Shown: piece by piece, positions 28,643-37,418 of the stretch
Position numbering within the stretch: the first letter of the stretch is position 1
How the letters are laid out: every line of letters starts with the position of its first letter
Virus record (IMG/VR): IMGVR_UViG_3300023199_000165
Location: 1 to 54,675 of that record
Direction: 5' to 3' (one strand)
From: a virus
Lineage: Duplodnaviria > Caudoviricetes
DNA: 54,675 bases
Translations under genes and position numbers: made by a program
Notes under the pieces: generated by a model
Told to the model about the DNA's origin: nothing
The model's database searches: none
Seen by the model: only the letters and a program-made list of their open reading frames with translations

Positions 28643-29521
28643 TTATGGTTTTAATTTATATTTCTCTATTGCTTTGTAATTAATACTATAATCTATATTC
28701 CTATTTCTAACCCAAGGTTTAACATTCCACTTATATTCATATTCTTTAATTGGACATTTTCCAATTATATTAACTAATTTATTAAGTTCTCTTAATGGAA
28801 TGCCGATAGCATTACTTTTATAATGAGTTGTATTTATATCTAAATCTTCTTTCATTCTTAATCTTAAAAACTCAACCTCTTCATATGTAAAACCATTAGA
28901 ACATAATTTTCCACTATATTTCCCATTTTTTATAGTTCCATCACCAATAAACCAATGTAATAAAGAAGTTGGTGTTAATTTCAAATCTTTTGGAATAGTT
29001 TTAATATATTTTCTATTATTCCATCCAGAAGGTTTGGCTTGATTGTAATTTTTATTATTATTATACCATATTTTATGAAGTGTTCCAAGTTCCACTGTAC
29101 TTCTGGTGTTAAATCCATAAGTATTTTTACTTTCTCTATATCTAACAGGATTAGATTTAAAAGGTATATTACTTTTTTCAAATATATTTATTAAATATTC
29201 TACCCAAGTTTTCTGTTTTGTTTCAATCGAGAAATATGCTTGAAACCCAGAAGGAGATATTAAGCTTCCATCTCCAAGCATTTCCCCATTTAACACCTCA
29301 ACTAAATAATCATTTATAGGAACACTTATCTTAACTCCTTCTCTAATTTGCTCAGATTTAGTTAAGTTTTTTAATCTAATGTTGCTTTTTCTAAGCCTGC
29401 TCTTTACTAAATTTCTATCACAGCTTAATAACTTTGCTATTTTATTTAAACTTAAATTGTCATTACAATATAACTTAATTATATCTTCATTCTTAACATC
29501 TGTTCTTTCTTTCCCCATCAT
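28643..29521 (-). CDS. Free-standing LAGLIDADG homing endonuclease with N-terminal HTH
   Basis: VLNGEMLGDGSL and LLHWFIGDGT; LSLNKIAKLLSCDRNLVKSRL HTH. Confidence 0.85.
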   Translation of the reverse strand: MMGKERTDVKNEDIIKLYCNDNLSLNKIAKLLSCDRNLVKSRLRKSNIRLKNLTKSEQIREGVKISVPINDYLVEVLNGEMLGDGSLISPSGFQAYFSIETKQKTWVEYLINIFEKSNIPFKSNPVRYRESKNTYGFNTRSTVELGTLHKIWYNNNKNYNQAKPSGWNNRKYIKTIPKDLKLTPTSLLHWFIGDGTIKNGKYSGKLCSNGFTYEEVEFLRLRMKEDLDINTTHYKSNAIGIPLRELNKLVNIIGKCPIKEYEYKWNVKPWVRNRNIDYSINYKAIEKYKLKP

Positions 29522-30144
29522 TTCCTTTCATATTGTTTTATTAAATTTCTAATCATATTTTTTTTACTTTTAAGTTTATTCGCTTTTTTAATACACTCTT
29601 TAATAATGTTTCTTAAATTATCAATATCATCGTCATTTAAATTTGTATTAGTATGAATTTTATTAATAACTTCTTCTTTATTATTGTATAATAATGCTTT
29701 TTTTAAAATAAATGGTGCTGCTGTTCCAACCAGAGAAAATAAGCCGTGAAATAAGTTTCTGCTCTGCTGGTTATCAGCATAAAAGCCAATAGGATAGGCA
29801 TATAATCCATCTAATCCAATTCCGCTAAATGTTTGAGCATATAGGGGACTTCCTCCAATAGCAGGAACACTCATTCCTTCACCATAATCGCCATAATCAC
29901 AATTAACTGCTTCCAGACTTTTTATAATATTTTGAGCATAAGGACATCTTTTGCCAGTTTTATAATGAATATATACTCTTTTATTTGCTTTTTCAGTTCT
30001 TTCTTTTTTATCTTCTGCTACTAAATCCAAAGGAGCCATATGATTAATTGCTTCGCCAGCATTTTCGCAAGCAAGTGGAACAGGGAGCCCAAATGGGCAT
30101 TTTTTACCTTCAGTTTTTTTGCGAATAGTTGATTCTTTTTTCAT
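29518..30144 (-). CDS. Cys-rich hypothetical protein
   Basis: CPFGLPVPLAC..CPYA..CDYG. Confidence 0.7.
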   Translation of the reverse strand: MKKESTIRKKTEGKKCPFGLPVPLACENAGEAINHMAPLDLVAEDKKERTEKANKRVYIHYKTGKRCPYAQNIIKSLEAVNCDYGDYGEGMSVPAIGGSPLYAQTFSGIGLDGLYAYPIGFYADNQQSRNLFHGLFSLVGTAAPFILKKALLYNNKEEVINKIHTNTNLNDDDIDNLRNIIKECIKKANKLKSKKNMIRNLIKQYERK

Positions 30145-31451
30145 TTTTTTCGCCTTTTTCTTCCCTTAAGAAGCAATTTATAATAATTTACGAAATCTTG
30201 AGCAGCATCATAGGCGGCATCTACTGCTCCTTGCTCCATATGTTTTCTTCTCTTATCAATAAAATCTCTTATATCTTTATATTTAGAAATATCATCTCCA
30301 GAATATAAATGCGGCTCATTTTTAAATTTATCTACATCATCTCCACCTTCTGGAATATAATGAGCGTGTTTCCCCATATGTTCTGCTTCTGCCGCATCAG
30401 CTTCTTCTTTAGTTTTATGGATAGTTCCATCTTCGTGATGAGGAGGACTATATATTGTATATAACTTTAGAGATGAATCAGATTCATTAATTACATTATG
30501 TTTCACCCCTGCTGGAACAAGGGCTGCTCCCTCCTCTTCTATAAAATAATTTTCACCATTTAATATAAATTTTGCCATTCCCTCTTCTATTCTAAAAAAC
30601 TGATCAACGTCATTATGAACCTCTTCGCCTATTTCTTCTCCTGGCTTTAAAGTCATTAAAACTAATTGTTCATTTGCCCCAGTATATATGACATTTCTAA
30701 AATTTTCATTTTCTAGAGTTTGTTTTTGAATATTACCAGTAAATGGTTCTTTACTTGCTTTTATGCTAATGATTTCGTTTTTAGTCTCTATAACACCGTC
30801 TTTAATATTAAAAGCATATTCTTTTAATTTTTGTCTTTTCTCTTTCCATTCTTTTAACCCACCTGGAAATTTATTCATAAACTCTGACATTTTTCCAGAC
30901 CAAGGAAGATTTTTCTTCTCTTTTGAAAAATCATAATCTCCTGGTCCAGACATTGGAGCAAAATGAGCAAGTGATTTTTTTTCCTTTAAGCTCTTTATTA
31001 AAATTTCTATTTCTTCTGGAGTTAAGTTAAGCTTTTCTAGTTCTGCCAAAGCTTGCAAAAATTCTTTTCTTCTATATTCATCTTCTACAGTTTCAGGGAT
31101 ATCTGACATATCTGAAAAATCAATATTTGCCGTTTTTTCTGGTAAATTATTATATTCAGTCCATCTTTTTTTCTTACTTTTATCTCTCCACTCTCTCCAC
31201 TCTTTAATTCCTCCTGGAAATTTTTTTAGAAAATCAGCAACATTCCCATAATAAGGAGACTGCTCTCTTTCTTTAGCTCCACCTTCTAGTCCATAATCCA
31301 TATTTGATTTCCAGGGATTAGGGGTACTTCCATCATTTTCAGGAACATATTTAGAAATCTTTTTTATCATTCCATCGAAATAGCTTGAAAGCTTATTAAA
31401 CTCATCCAAACTTATAGTTTCGGCAAGCTTTAAAATCCTTTCTAATTTCAT
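30141..31451 (-). CDS. Repeat-module protein with an inserted cupin domain
   Basis: Cupin: QLVLMTLKPGEEIGEEVHNDVDQFF..VPAGVKHNVIN..YSPPHH. Flanked by repeats F..KFPGG.KEW. Confidence 0.8.
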   Translation of the reverse strand: MKLERILKLAETISLDEFNKLSSYFDGMIKKISKYVPENDGSTPNPWKSNMDYGLEGGAKEREQSPYYGNVADFLKKFPGGIKEWREWRDKSKKKRWTEYNNLPEKTANIDFSDMSDIPETVEDEYRRKEFLQALAELEKLNLTPEEIEILIKSLKEKKSLAHFAPMSGPGDYDFSKEKKNLPWSGKMSEFMNKFPGGLKEWKEKRQKLKEYAFNIKDGVIETKNEIISIKASKEPFTGNIQKQTLENENFRNVIYTGANEQLVLMTLKPGEEIGEEVHNDVDQFFRIEEGMAKFILNGENYFIEEEGAALVPAGVKHNVINESDSSLKLYTIYSPPHHEDGTIHKTKEEADAAEAEHMGKHAHYIPEGGDDVDKFKNEPHLYSGDDISKYKDIRDFIDKRRKHMEQGAVDAAYDAAQDFVNYYKLLLKGRKRRKK

Positions 31452-32221
31452 ATTATATCCTCCAGAAGGAATTGAACCATATGGTGCTTTGCTACCTCTT
31501 TTGTAAGCAACTTGCTTAAAGGAACCAGTGGTAAAATTTTATATTTTGATAATAAATTAAGAGTGCCCTTTGTATCTATATTTAACATCTGATTTATTAT
31601 TTTTTTGCTTTGATTTTCTGGCAAATTCCTTACCTTAAGTCTGTTTTTAAAAATAGCTCTTTCAAGTTCAGGGTCAATACTAAAATCATATTTTATTGCC
31701 ATTTTAAGAGCCCTTAATATTCGTCTAGGATCGTGCCCAATTGTTAATTCTGATCTTACAGGAGTTCTTATAACGCCATTTTTTAAATCATTATAAGACT
31801 TTCCAGTAATATCAATTGGCTTTTTAGATAAATCAAGAGGCTGTAGAAACGCATTTATTGTAAAATCCCTACTAAACATTTCTTTCTCCAAGCTGCTTGG
31901 GTCATCCAAACCCTCTTTTTTAAGCTCTTCTTCAATGTTAGGTATTATAAAATTATTAGAAAAATCAACTTGAATATTTTTAAAACTTAAAGATGCGTGC
32001 CCATCATCAAAATCCTTATATTTAGCCTTTGGCCACTTATTTAAAGCAGCTATTGATAAGGCATATGACCCTTCATCGCCCGTCGTTATATCAATATCTT
32101 TTATTTTCTTAGGAACTCCCAAAAGCATATCTCTTGGTAATCCACCAACAATATATGGTTCAGAAATATTGTTTTCTTCTGCCAAGTCTTTTAGCTCCGC
32201 TAAAAGTTCTGCTAGTTTCAT
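31448..32221 (-). CDS. tRNA nucleotidyltransferase (CCA-adding)/poly(A) polymerase family, short form
   Basis: YIVGGLPRD..KDIDIT, RDFTINA, DPRRILRA motifs. Confidence 0.88.
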   Translation of the reverse strand: MKLAELLAELKDLAEENNISEPYIVGGLPRDMLLGVPKKIKDIDITTGDEGSYALSIAALNKWPKAKYKDFDDGHASLSFKNIQVDFSNNFIIPNIEEELKKEGLDDPSSLEKEMFSRDFTINAFLQPLDLSKKPIDITGKSYNDLKNGVIRTPVRSELTIGHDPRRILRALKMAIKYDFSIDPELERAIFKNRLKVRNLPENQSKKIINQMLNIDTKGTLNLLSKYKILPLVPLSKLLTKEVAKHHMVQFLLEDII

Positions 32222-33909
32222 CCTTTGACCTCAATAACAGGAACATAAGAAGTTGTTATTGTCTTTGGTGGCTCTCCTATAACTCCAGGAGCGTCTTCTA
32301 GCTCTGGTAGGGCTCTAACACCTTCCTCAACTTCTAGATTTTCTACAGGCTCCCCAGGAGCTTTATCGCTCTGCTCTGCTCCTAAACCTTCCATATCAAT
32401 TTCTTCAGGTGCTTCAAAGTCCTCAGTATTTTCACTTTCTTCTTCTAAGCCACCTTTCAACTTTCCAAGAGCCTCGTCAAGTCTTTTTTCAATATAAGAG
32501 GTTGCTTCAATTTGTTTTGCCTGTGCCTCACCAAGTTCAGGAAAATGTGAAGCAATATTTAATGCTTCCATCATCATATCGGCTTTTGCCAACTCTCGTA
32601 CCAAACTTCTCTCTTTAAGTTTTTTTTGTATGGGCTCTAAAATAGAAATAACATCCTCTGTTTTAGCATTTTTATAAGGATTTTCTTTAAAAGAATCTTG
32701 TTCTTCACTTACTTCTAAATCTTTAGGCTCCTCTTCCATAGGAGGTTCCATTTCATTTTTCATCTCTTCGGGAAGCTCCCCTTCGCCATCTAAATCTTCT
32801 TCTTCTGGCATATCTGGAAGGGGCGGAATTGTTTCTTCTCCAGCATTTCCACTCTCAGCTGGATTTGGGTTAGATTTAATATCATATTCTCTTCCAGTAA
32901 GTGCTTTTTCAATTCTGGATGATAAGTCTTCAGGGTCTTCTGCTATCTTTTTTAAAATATGTGAATAATCAGATAAACCATATTTTCTATCTAACCTATT
33001 AGCAGTTCTAACAATACAATCATTCATAGTTGCTTCGGTCTGAAGAAGTAATATTTTTGTTCGCAAGTCATTTAACTCGTGATGTAATGATTCAAGAACG
33101 TTTCTATCCCAAACTTCGTGAAAATTCTCCAAAGTTCTTTCTGCCCTATATAACTTATTAACAATATCTTTTTTATGGTCCTTTAGAGTTTTTTCCTTTT
33201 TATAAGTTCCTCTTGGTCTTCCAGGACCTCTTCTTGACTGTGGAGTAGGCACATTCATAGGAGCAGTGGGCTGTGTATTTTCATTAGACATATCATCCAA
33301 ATCACTTTCTTGAGGCTTCATCCAATCAGGCAGATTAAAAGCAACCTTGCTTCTTATAGGTTTTAAGCCATATTTATCGTGATCTCCACTTTCGTAAAAT
33401 TTTGCCCAATGACCAAAATTAAGTTTTTCCATAGGGTCCCAATCCTCCATAATTTTATCAGAAACTTCATCTCTAGGAAAACCTTGATAAATTCCATCGT
33501 GAATTTTCTTTAAAGCATCTACCCATTTATTAATATCTCTGCTTGGTTGAGAATTTGATTCCATAACGCCTTGAATATTAGGGTAAGCTTTTTTATTAAT
33601 AACCACATCATTTAAAGATTTTAAAAAAGCAGTTCTAATATCATTTAAATCAACATTTTCTTTATGTTTTAAATAATTATATGTGGCTTTAACAATAGCA
33701 TCTCTATTTTTATCATTAATATATCCAAGCTCTTCACAAACATCTTCGCAAAAATTATCAATATAGAAATATAAGTTTCTATTCTCATCACTTGATATAT
33801 CCAAGTCATTAAAAGTTTCGGCGTCATCCTTTGCCAATTGCCAAAGGTCATCATTCATTCCATCTTCGTTTATATTAACCATACAATCAATAGAATAATT
33901 TGTTGCCAT
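32218..33909 (-). CDS. Acidic hypothetical protein with AT-hook-like motif
   Basis: RRGPGRPRG; segments begin after KKA, KVA and KIA. Confidence 0.7.
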   Translation of the reverse strand: MATNYSIDCMVNINEDGMNDDLWQLAKDDAETFNDLDISSDENRNLYFYIDNFCEDVCEELGYINDKNRDAIVKATYNYLKHKENVDLNDIRTAFLKSLNDVVINKKAYPNIQGVMESNSQPSRDINKWVDALKKIHDGIYQGFPRDEVSDKIMEDWDPMEKLNFGHWAKFYESGDHDKYGLKPIRSKVAFNLPDWMKPQESDLDDMSNENTQPTAPMNVPTPQSRRGPGRPRGTYKKEKTLKDHKKDIVNKLYRAERTLENFHEVWDRNVLESLHHELNDLRTKILLLQTEATMNDCIVRTANRLDRKYGLSDYSHILKKIAEDPEDLSSRIEKALTGREYDIKSNPNPAESGNAGEETIPPLPDMPEEEDLDGEGELPEEMKNEMEPPMEEEPKDLEVSEEQDSFKENPYKNAKTEDVISILEPIQKKLKERSLVRELAKADMMMEALNIASHFPELGEAQAKQIEATSYIEKRLDEALGKLKGGLEEESENTEDFEAPEEIDMEGLGAEQSDKAPGEPVENLEVEEGVRALPELEDAPGVIGEPPKTITTSYVPVIEVKG

Positions 33910-34649
33910 TATGCCTCATCAACCTCAACGTCAGATATATTTGCTGAAATTTGTTTTGTAGTCTTGCTGATTGAATTTAAACTTCCTGACCTACCAGTTC
34001 TATATGAAAGTGCGGATAATTTTTCATTCAACTTATCTAAAAATTTAGAAGCCATTTCTGAATCCATTTCTAGCAAAATTTCTCTAACAGCCTCTCTAAT
34101 AACTGACATTTGATCTTCAATAACAGTTATATTAATATTTGTTTCTATAGTCTTATCAGCAATTTGATCTACATATTTTGCCCATTGTTGTATTGTTGAA
34201 GTCCAACTGGTAAAATATTTATGAAGATTTGCTTCTTCATTTACAGATAATTCTCCTCTTGAAGCCCTATCAAATAAATCCTCAACTCTTGATTTAACCA
34301 ATACTAACAAATCTCTTAAATTGCTCCTAACATCAACGTGAACATTTGCCGCTTCTTCAATCTTTTCTTTATAAGAAGGCAATGACTTCAATTTTTTAAT
34401 AGCCTTTTTCTCTGCCTTTTCAGCCTTTTTCTCTTTTTCAGCCTGCCTAATAAGCTTAATTGCCTCTTTATCTATATTTAAATGCTCTTTTCTAAATTTT
34501 TGTAAAGTTGTTGGAGTAATATGCTTTTTATTATCCTTAGGATGCTTTTCCTTTAACCATTTACTCACTTGTCTTACTCCCATACCATTGGAGAGCATTT
34601 TTACGATTTTATTAACATTCGGATGTGTTAAAATTTTTTCATAAGCCAT
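33909..34649 (-). CDS. HTH-containing helical protein (terminase small subunit candidate)
   Basis: N-terminal HTH-like KMLSNGMGVRQVSKWL..ITPTTLQKF, helical core, NINITVI strand. Function uncertain. Confidence 0.4.
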   Translation of the reverse strand: MAYEKILTHPNVNKIVKMLSNGMGVRQVSKWLKEKHPKDNKKHITPTTLQKFRKEHLNIDKEAIKLIRQAEKEKKAEKAEKKAIKKLKSLPSYKEKIEEAANVHVDVRSNLRDLLVLVKSRVEDLFDRASRGELSVNEEANLHKYFTSWTSTIQQWAKYVDQIADKTIETNINITVIEDQMSVIREAVREILLEMDSEMASKFLDKLNEKLSALSYRTGRSGSLNSISKTTKQISANISDVEVDEA

Positions 34650-34669
34650 ATTTAATCCATAAAATTAAA

Positions 34670-34713
34670 GCCCGATAGGTGCTCGTATAGAGTAAAAACG
34701 AGACTTACCGAGC
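34670..34713 (-). terminator. Imperfect RNA hairpin followed by a U-rich tract
   Basis: GCTCGGTAAGTCTCGT...ACGAGCACCTATCGGGC then TTTAATTTT; two G-U pairs are valid only on the minus strand. Confidence 0.55.
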
Positions 34714-34733
34714 AAGTTAATATAAAATACAAT

Positions 34734-35438
34734 TTAATGAACAGGTTTTAAAGCAGAACTTCTTGAATCATAGAAACGATTAGGAATTCCACCATAGTTA
34801 AAAGTGCTAGGTGTTTGATTTGCTACACTTCCACCTGGAACTTTTTGACCTTTATAATTAGTATAACCTACTTCATAATTATATACTTTACCGTCTAGAG
34901 GACATTGATAAGTTCTTTCGGCAACTCTAATTGCCTGAACACCTATATGATCTGGACAATATCTTGTAGTAATAGCACCTTCATTTCCTGGAATTATCGC
35001 TTCACTATCGTTTGCGCAATTCTCTTTATTTCCCATTACCTGTGGAAAAAATCCATAATCCCTGTTCTCATTTTTAAAGGCTGCTGCTGTTTTCTTAAAA
35101 CACTCTTCAGCAACATCTGCCAATCCATAGGCTCCATTTTCATCCAAATAATCAGCAAACAATAACAAATCTTCTTTTTCTTTTATCTCAGGAGCATCAT
35201 ATCCTTTTAAAACAAGCTCTTTATTAAGATTTAAAACATTTTCTAAAGAAGATGTTTTAACATTTTCATAAGATTTTATTAAGCTTACAAGACCTCTGTA
35301 AAATCTGTTAAAATCTTCAACGACTTTTTTAAAATCCCGAGGATTTACATACTGTAAATGAAGCTTATTAACAACTTTTGCTTCTAAGTACATTTGCCAG
35401 CTTTTTAATTGTGTAACTAAATTTTCTAATTTTGACAT
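34734..35438 (-). CDS. Hypothetical protein with helical tag and C-terminal Zn-ribbon-like domain
   Basis: LLLFADYLDENGAYGLADVAEECFKKTA; YCPDH..YQCPLDG. Confidence 0.72.
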   Translation of the reverse strand: MSKLENLVTQLKSWQMYLEAKVVNKLHLQYVNPRDFKKVVEDFNRFYRGLVSLIKSYENVKTSSLENVLNLNKELVLKGYDAPEIKEKEDLLLFADYLDENGAYGLADVAEECFKKTAAAFKNENRDYGFFPQVMGNKENCANDSEAIIPGNEGAITTRYCPDHIGVQAIRVAERTYQCPLDGKVYNYEVGYTNYKGQKVPGGSVANQTPSTFNYGGIPNRFYDSRSSALKPVH

Positions 35439-35714
35439 CTATAATCCCCTAATTAAAATATCTATAACATTTGCTAACTCAGCATTCCCCTCTTCATCTA
35501 ATATGTCGGCATACTTAACTAAATTGTCCTTTACGCTCGTTGTTTTTGTATTGAGTTTTCTATTATAATCACTAATTGATTGTCCCAATTCATATAAAAC
35601 CCTATACAAAGCTTTTGTTATAGGGTGGTTTGGAGAAACCCTTTTAAGAGTTGTAAAAACCTTTTGTAATTCACGATGGTTGTTCCTAACCCTAGTTAAA
35701 AATTCCGCTGACAT
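35439..35714 (-). CDS. Small protein ending in the helical tag
   Basis: LVKYADILDEEGNAELANVIDILIRGL at the C-terminus. Confidence 0.7.
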   Translation of the reverse strand: MSAEFLTRVRNNHRELQKVFTTLKRVSPNHPITKALYRVLYELGQSISDYNRKLNTKTTSVKDNLVKYADILDEEGNAELANVIDILIRGL

Positions 35715-35718
35715 TTAG

Positions 35719-37404
35719 TTAGTCTCCAATTAAAGTTTTTGCCGTATTAAAAAAAGCACCTTCTTGATTTTCTTGCTGTCTGGCATAATAGCTCGCTTTT
35801 AAATGATATTCTCCATTCTCATCTCTTACAAGTTCATGAGCAGGTCTACCTAATTTTTTATGAATAGGATACATTGAATTAGGAGTTTTAATAAACTGGT
35901 CCTTATCTTCAAATGATTGAGATAAATTATTCTTAGCCTTAACAACATTGGAAAGAATTCTTTGATAATCTGAAACAACGGAGCAATAAGTGTCGTCATC
36001 AAATCTCTCTGCTATTACTTTAATAACTTCATCACAAGTGTTTATATCTCCAGAAGTTGCTGATTTTATAATTATTTCTCTTAGTTCGTGAACACTCATA
36101 GCAAGTAAAGGACTGTTTCTTCTAACAAAGCCATCATCGCCCGCTTCTCTCATCGCAAATGCGTGAATTCTCTCTTTTGTAAAATCATCAATAAAGTCAT
36201 TTTTAGCAAAAACAGAAGGAAGTAGAGGAGTGCTTCCCTTCATCTCAATAGGAACTTCAATTGAAACCTTGCCCTTTGGAGTATTTATTGTTGCTTCACA
36301 TATAAAACCATCATCGCAAGGAGCAGAAATTCTAACCTGAGTTCCTTTAAAACCCATAGAAGAAAGCTCTGAAACTACAATTCTCTTTGCTAATCTAACA
36401 GAAGCTTGTGGATAGCCAACAGCTGCTTCTAAAACACTCTCTTCTAATTCTTCAGCAACCATTTTTAGTGGTTCAGGAAGCTCTGCCCGTGGAATTTCAA
36501 CTGAGCCAATATCTTGCTTTGCGTCTTCAATATTGGTATAAACTTGATCTGAAGCGGAAACGGCTCCGTGATTTGAACTAGGAAGCATAGAAGTAATTTT
36601 ATCAACCTCTTCCTGTTCAGCAGTTTTTACAGTATTCCCTGTAAGTTCATCCAAAGTATTTAAAATAGAAGAAGTGGTGATTAGTTTTTGATCATTTCCA
36701 ACACTAGCATTTACCAGATAGTCTTTAAGATTTGATTGAGTTAAAGTAGCAAAATTATTGCCTGCGACAAAAATACTTGGCAACTTTTCACCAGAGGCTT
36801 CAGTAGGAATAAATACACGCTTTGCCCCTCTATTTGTGTCTAAGTCAGTAGCAAAAACCAAAAAACGCGAGTTTCCACCAACAAGGCGAACCCGCGAATT
36901 AGAAAAACCTAATGATTTCAACTCAAGACCCACTTTATCTTTTGCGTTGGCGGCACGCTGTGGATCATAAGTATCAACTTTTGTTTTAAATATGTTGCCC
37001 AAATCTTCAGAAAAGACAGGATTTACTTCATCGTGAATATCACCCTTCTCAGGATTGTCACGAATACCAGCAATATATTCTTCGTTTTTGTATGAAGTAG
37101 ATTTAGGACCTGATGTTTTAAGCAAATCACCAAAAATCTCTCTAAATCTGGTCCCACTGGCATTTAATCCAATAAGCTCCTGATAAATATTTTCAACCTC
37201 TGCTTGACTCGTTATTGCCTCAGGATTTTCCTTATACATCCTTTCAATAACTGAAGAAACAGCACGAACTACTGTATCTTGTGGATAAGTTTCCGCAGCA
37301 ATTTTCATTCTCTCATTTACATCCTTTAATAGGAATTTTTTACCGCCGTTTAATCTTTCAAGCAACATCTGTGCTTGATTTTTTAGAGAGCTAATATTGC
37401 TCAT
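35719..37404 (-). CDS. Hypothetical structural protein with a duplicated alpha/beta domain
   Basis: ELKSLGF..RVRL..RVFIPTE..LPSIF is repeated as ELSSMGF..QVRI..SIEVPIE..LPSVF. Confidence 0.72.
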   Translation of the reverse strand: MSNISSLKNQAQMLLERLNGGKKFLLKDVNERMKIAAETYPQDTVVRAVSSVIERMYKENPEAITSQAEVENIYQELIGLNASGTRFREIFGDLLKTSGPKSTSYKNEEYIAGIRDNPEKGDIHDEVNPVFSEDLGNIFKTKVDTYDPQRAANAKDKVGLELKSLGFSNSRVRLVGGNSRFLVFATDLDTNRGAKRVFIPTEASGEKLPSIFVAGNNFATLTQSNLKDYLVNASVGNDQKLITTSSILNTLDELTGNTVKTAEQEEVDKITSMLPSSNHGAVSASDQVYTNIEDAKQDIGSVEIPRAELPEPLKMVAEELEESVLEAAVGYPQASVRLAKRIVVSELSSMGFKGTQVRISAPCDDGFICEATINTPKGKVSIEVPIEMKGSTPLLPSVFAKNDFIDDFTKERIHAFAMREAGDDGFVRRNSPLLAMSVHELREIIIKSATSGDINTCDEVIKVIAERFDDDTYCSVVSDYQRILSNVVKAKNNLSQSFEDKDQFIKTPNSMYPIHKKLGRPAHELVRDENGEYHLKASYYARQQENQEGAFFNTAKTLIGD

Positions 37405-37418
37405 TTGCTCGCCTCCAA

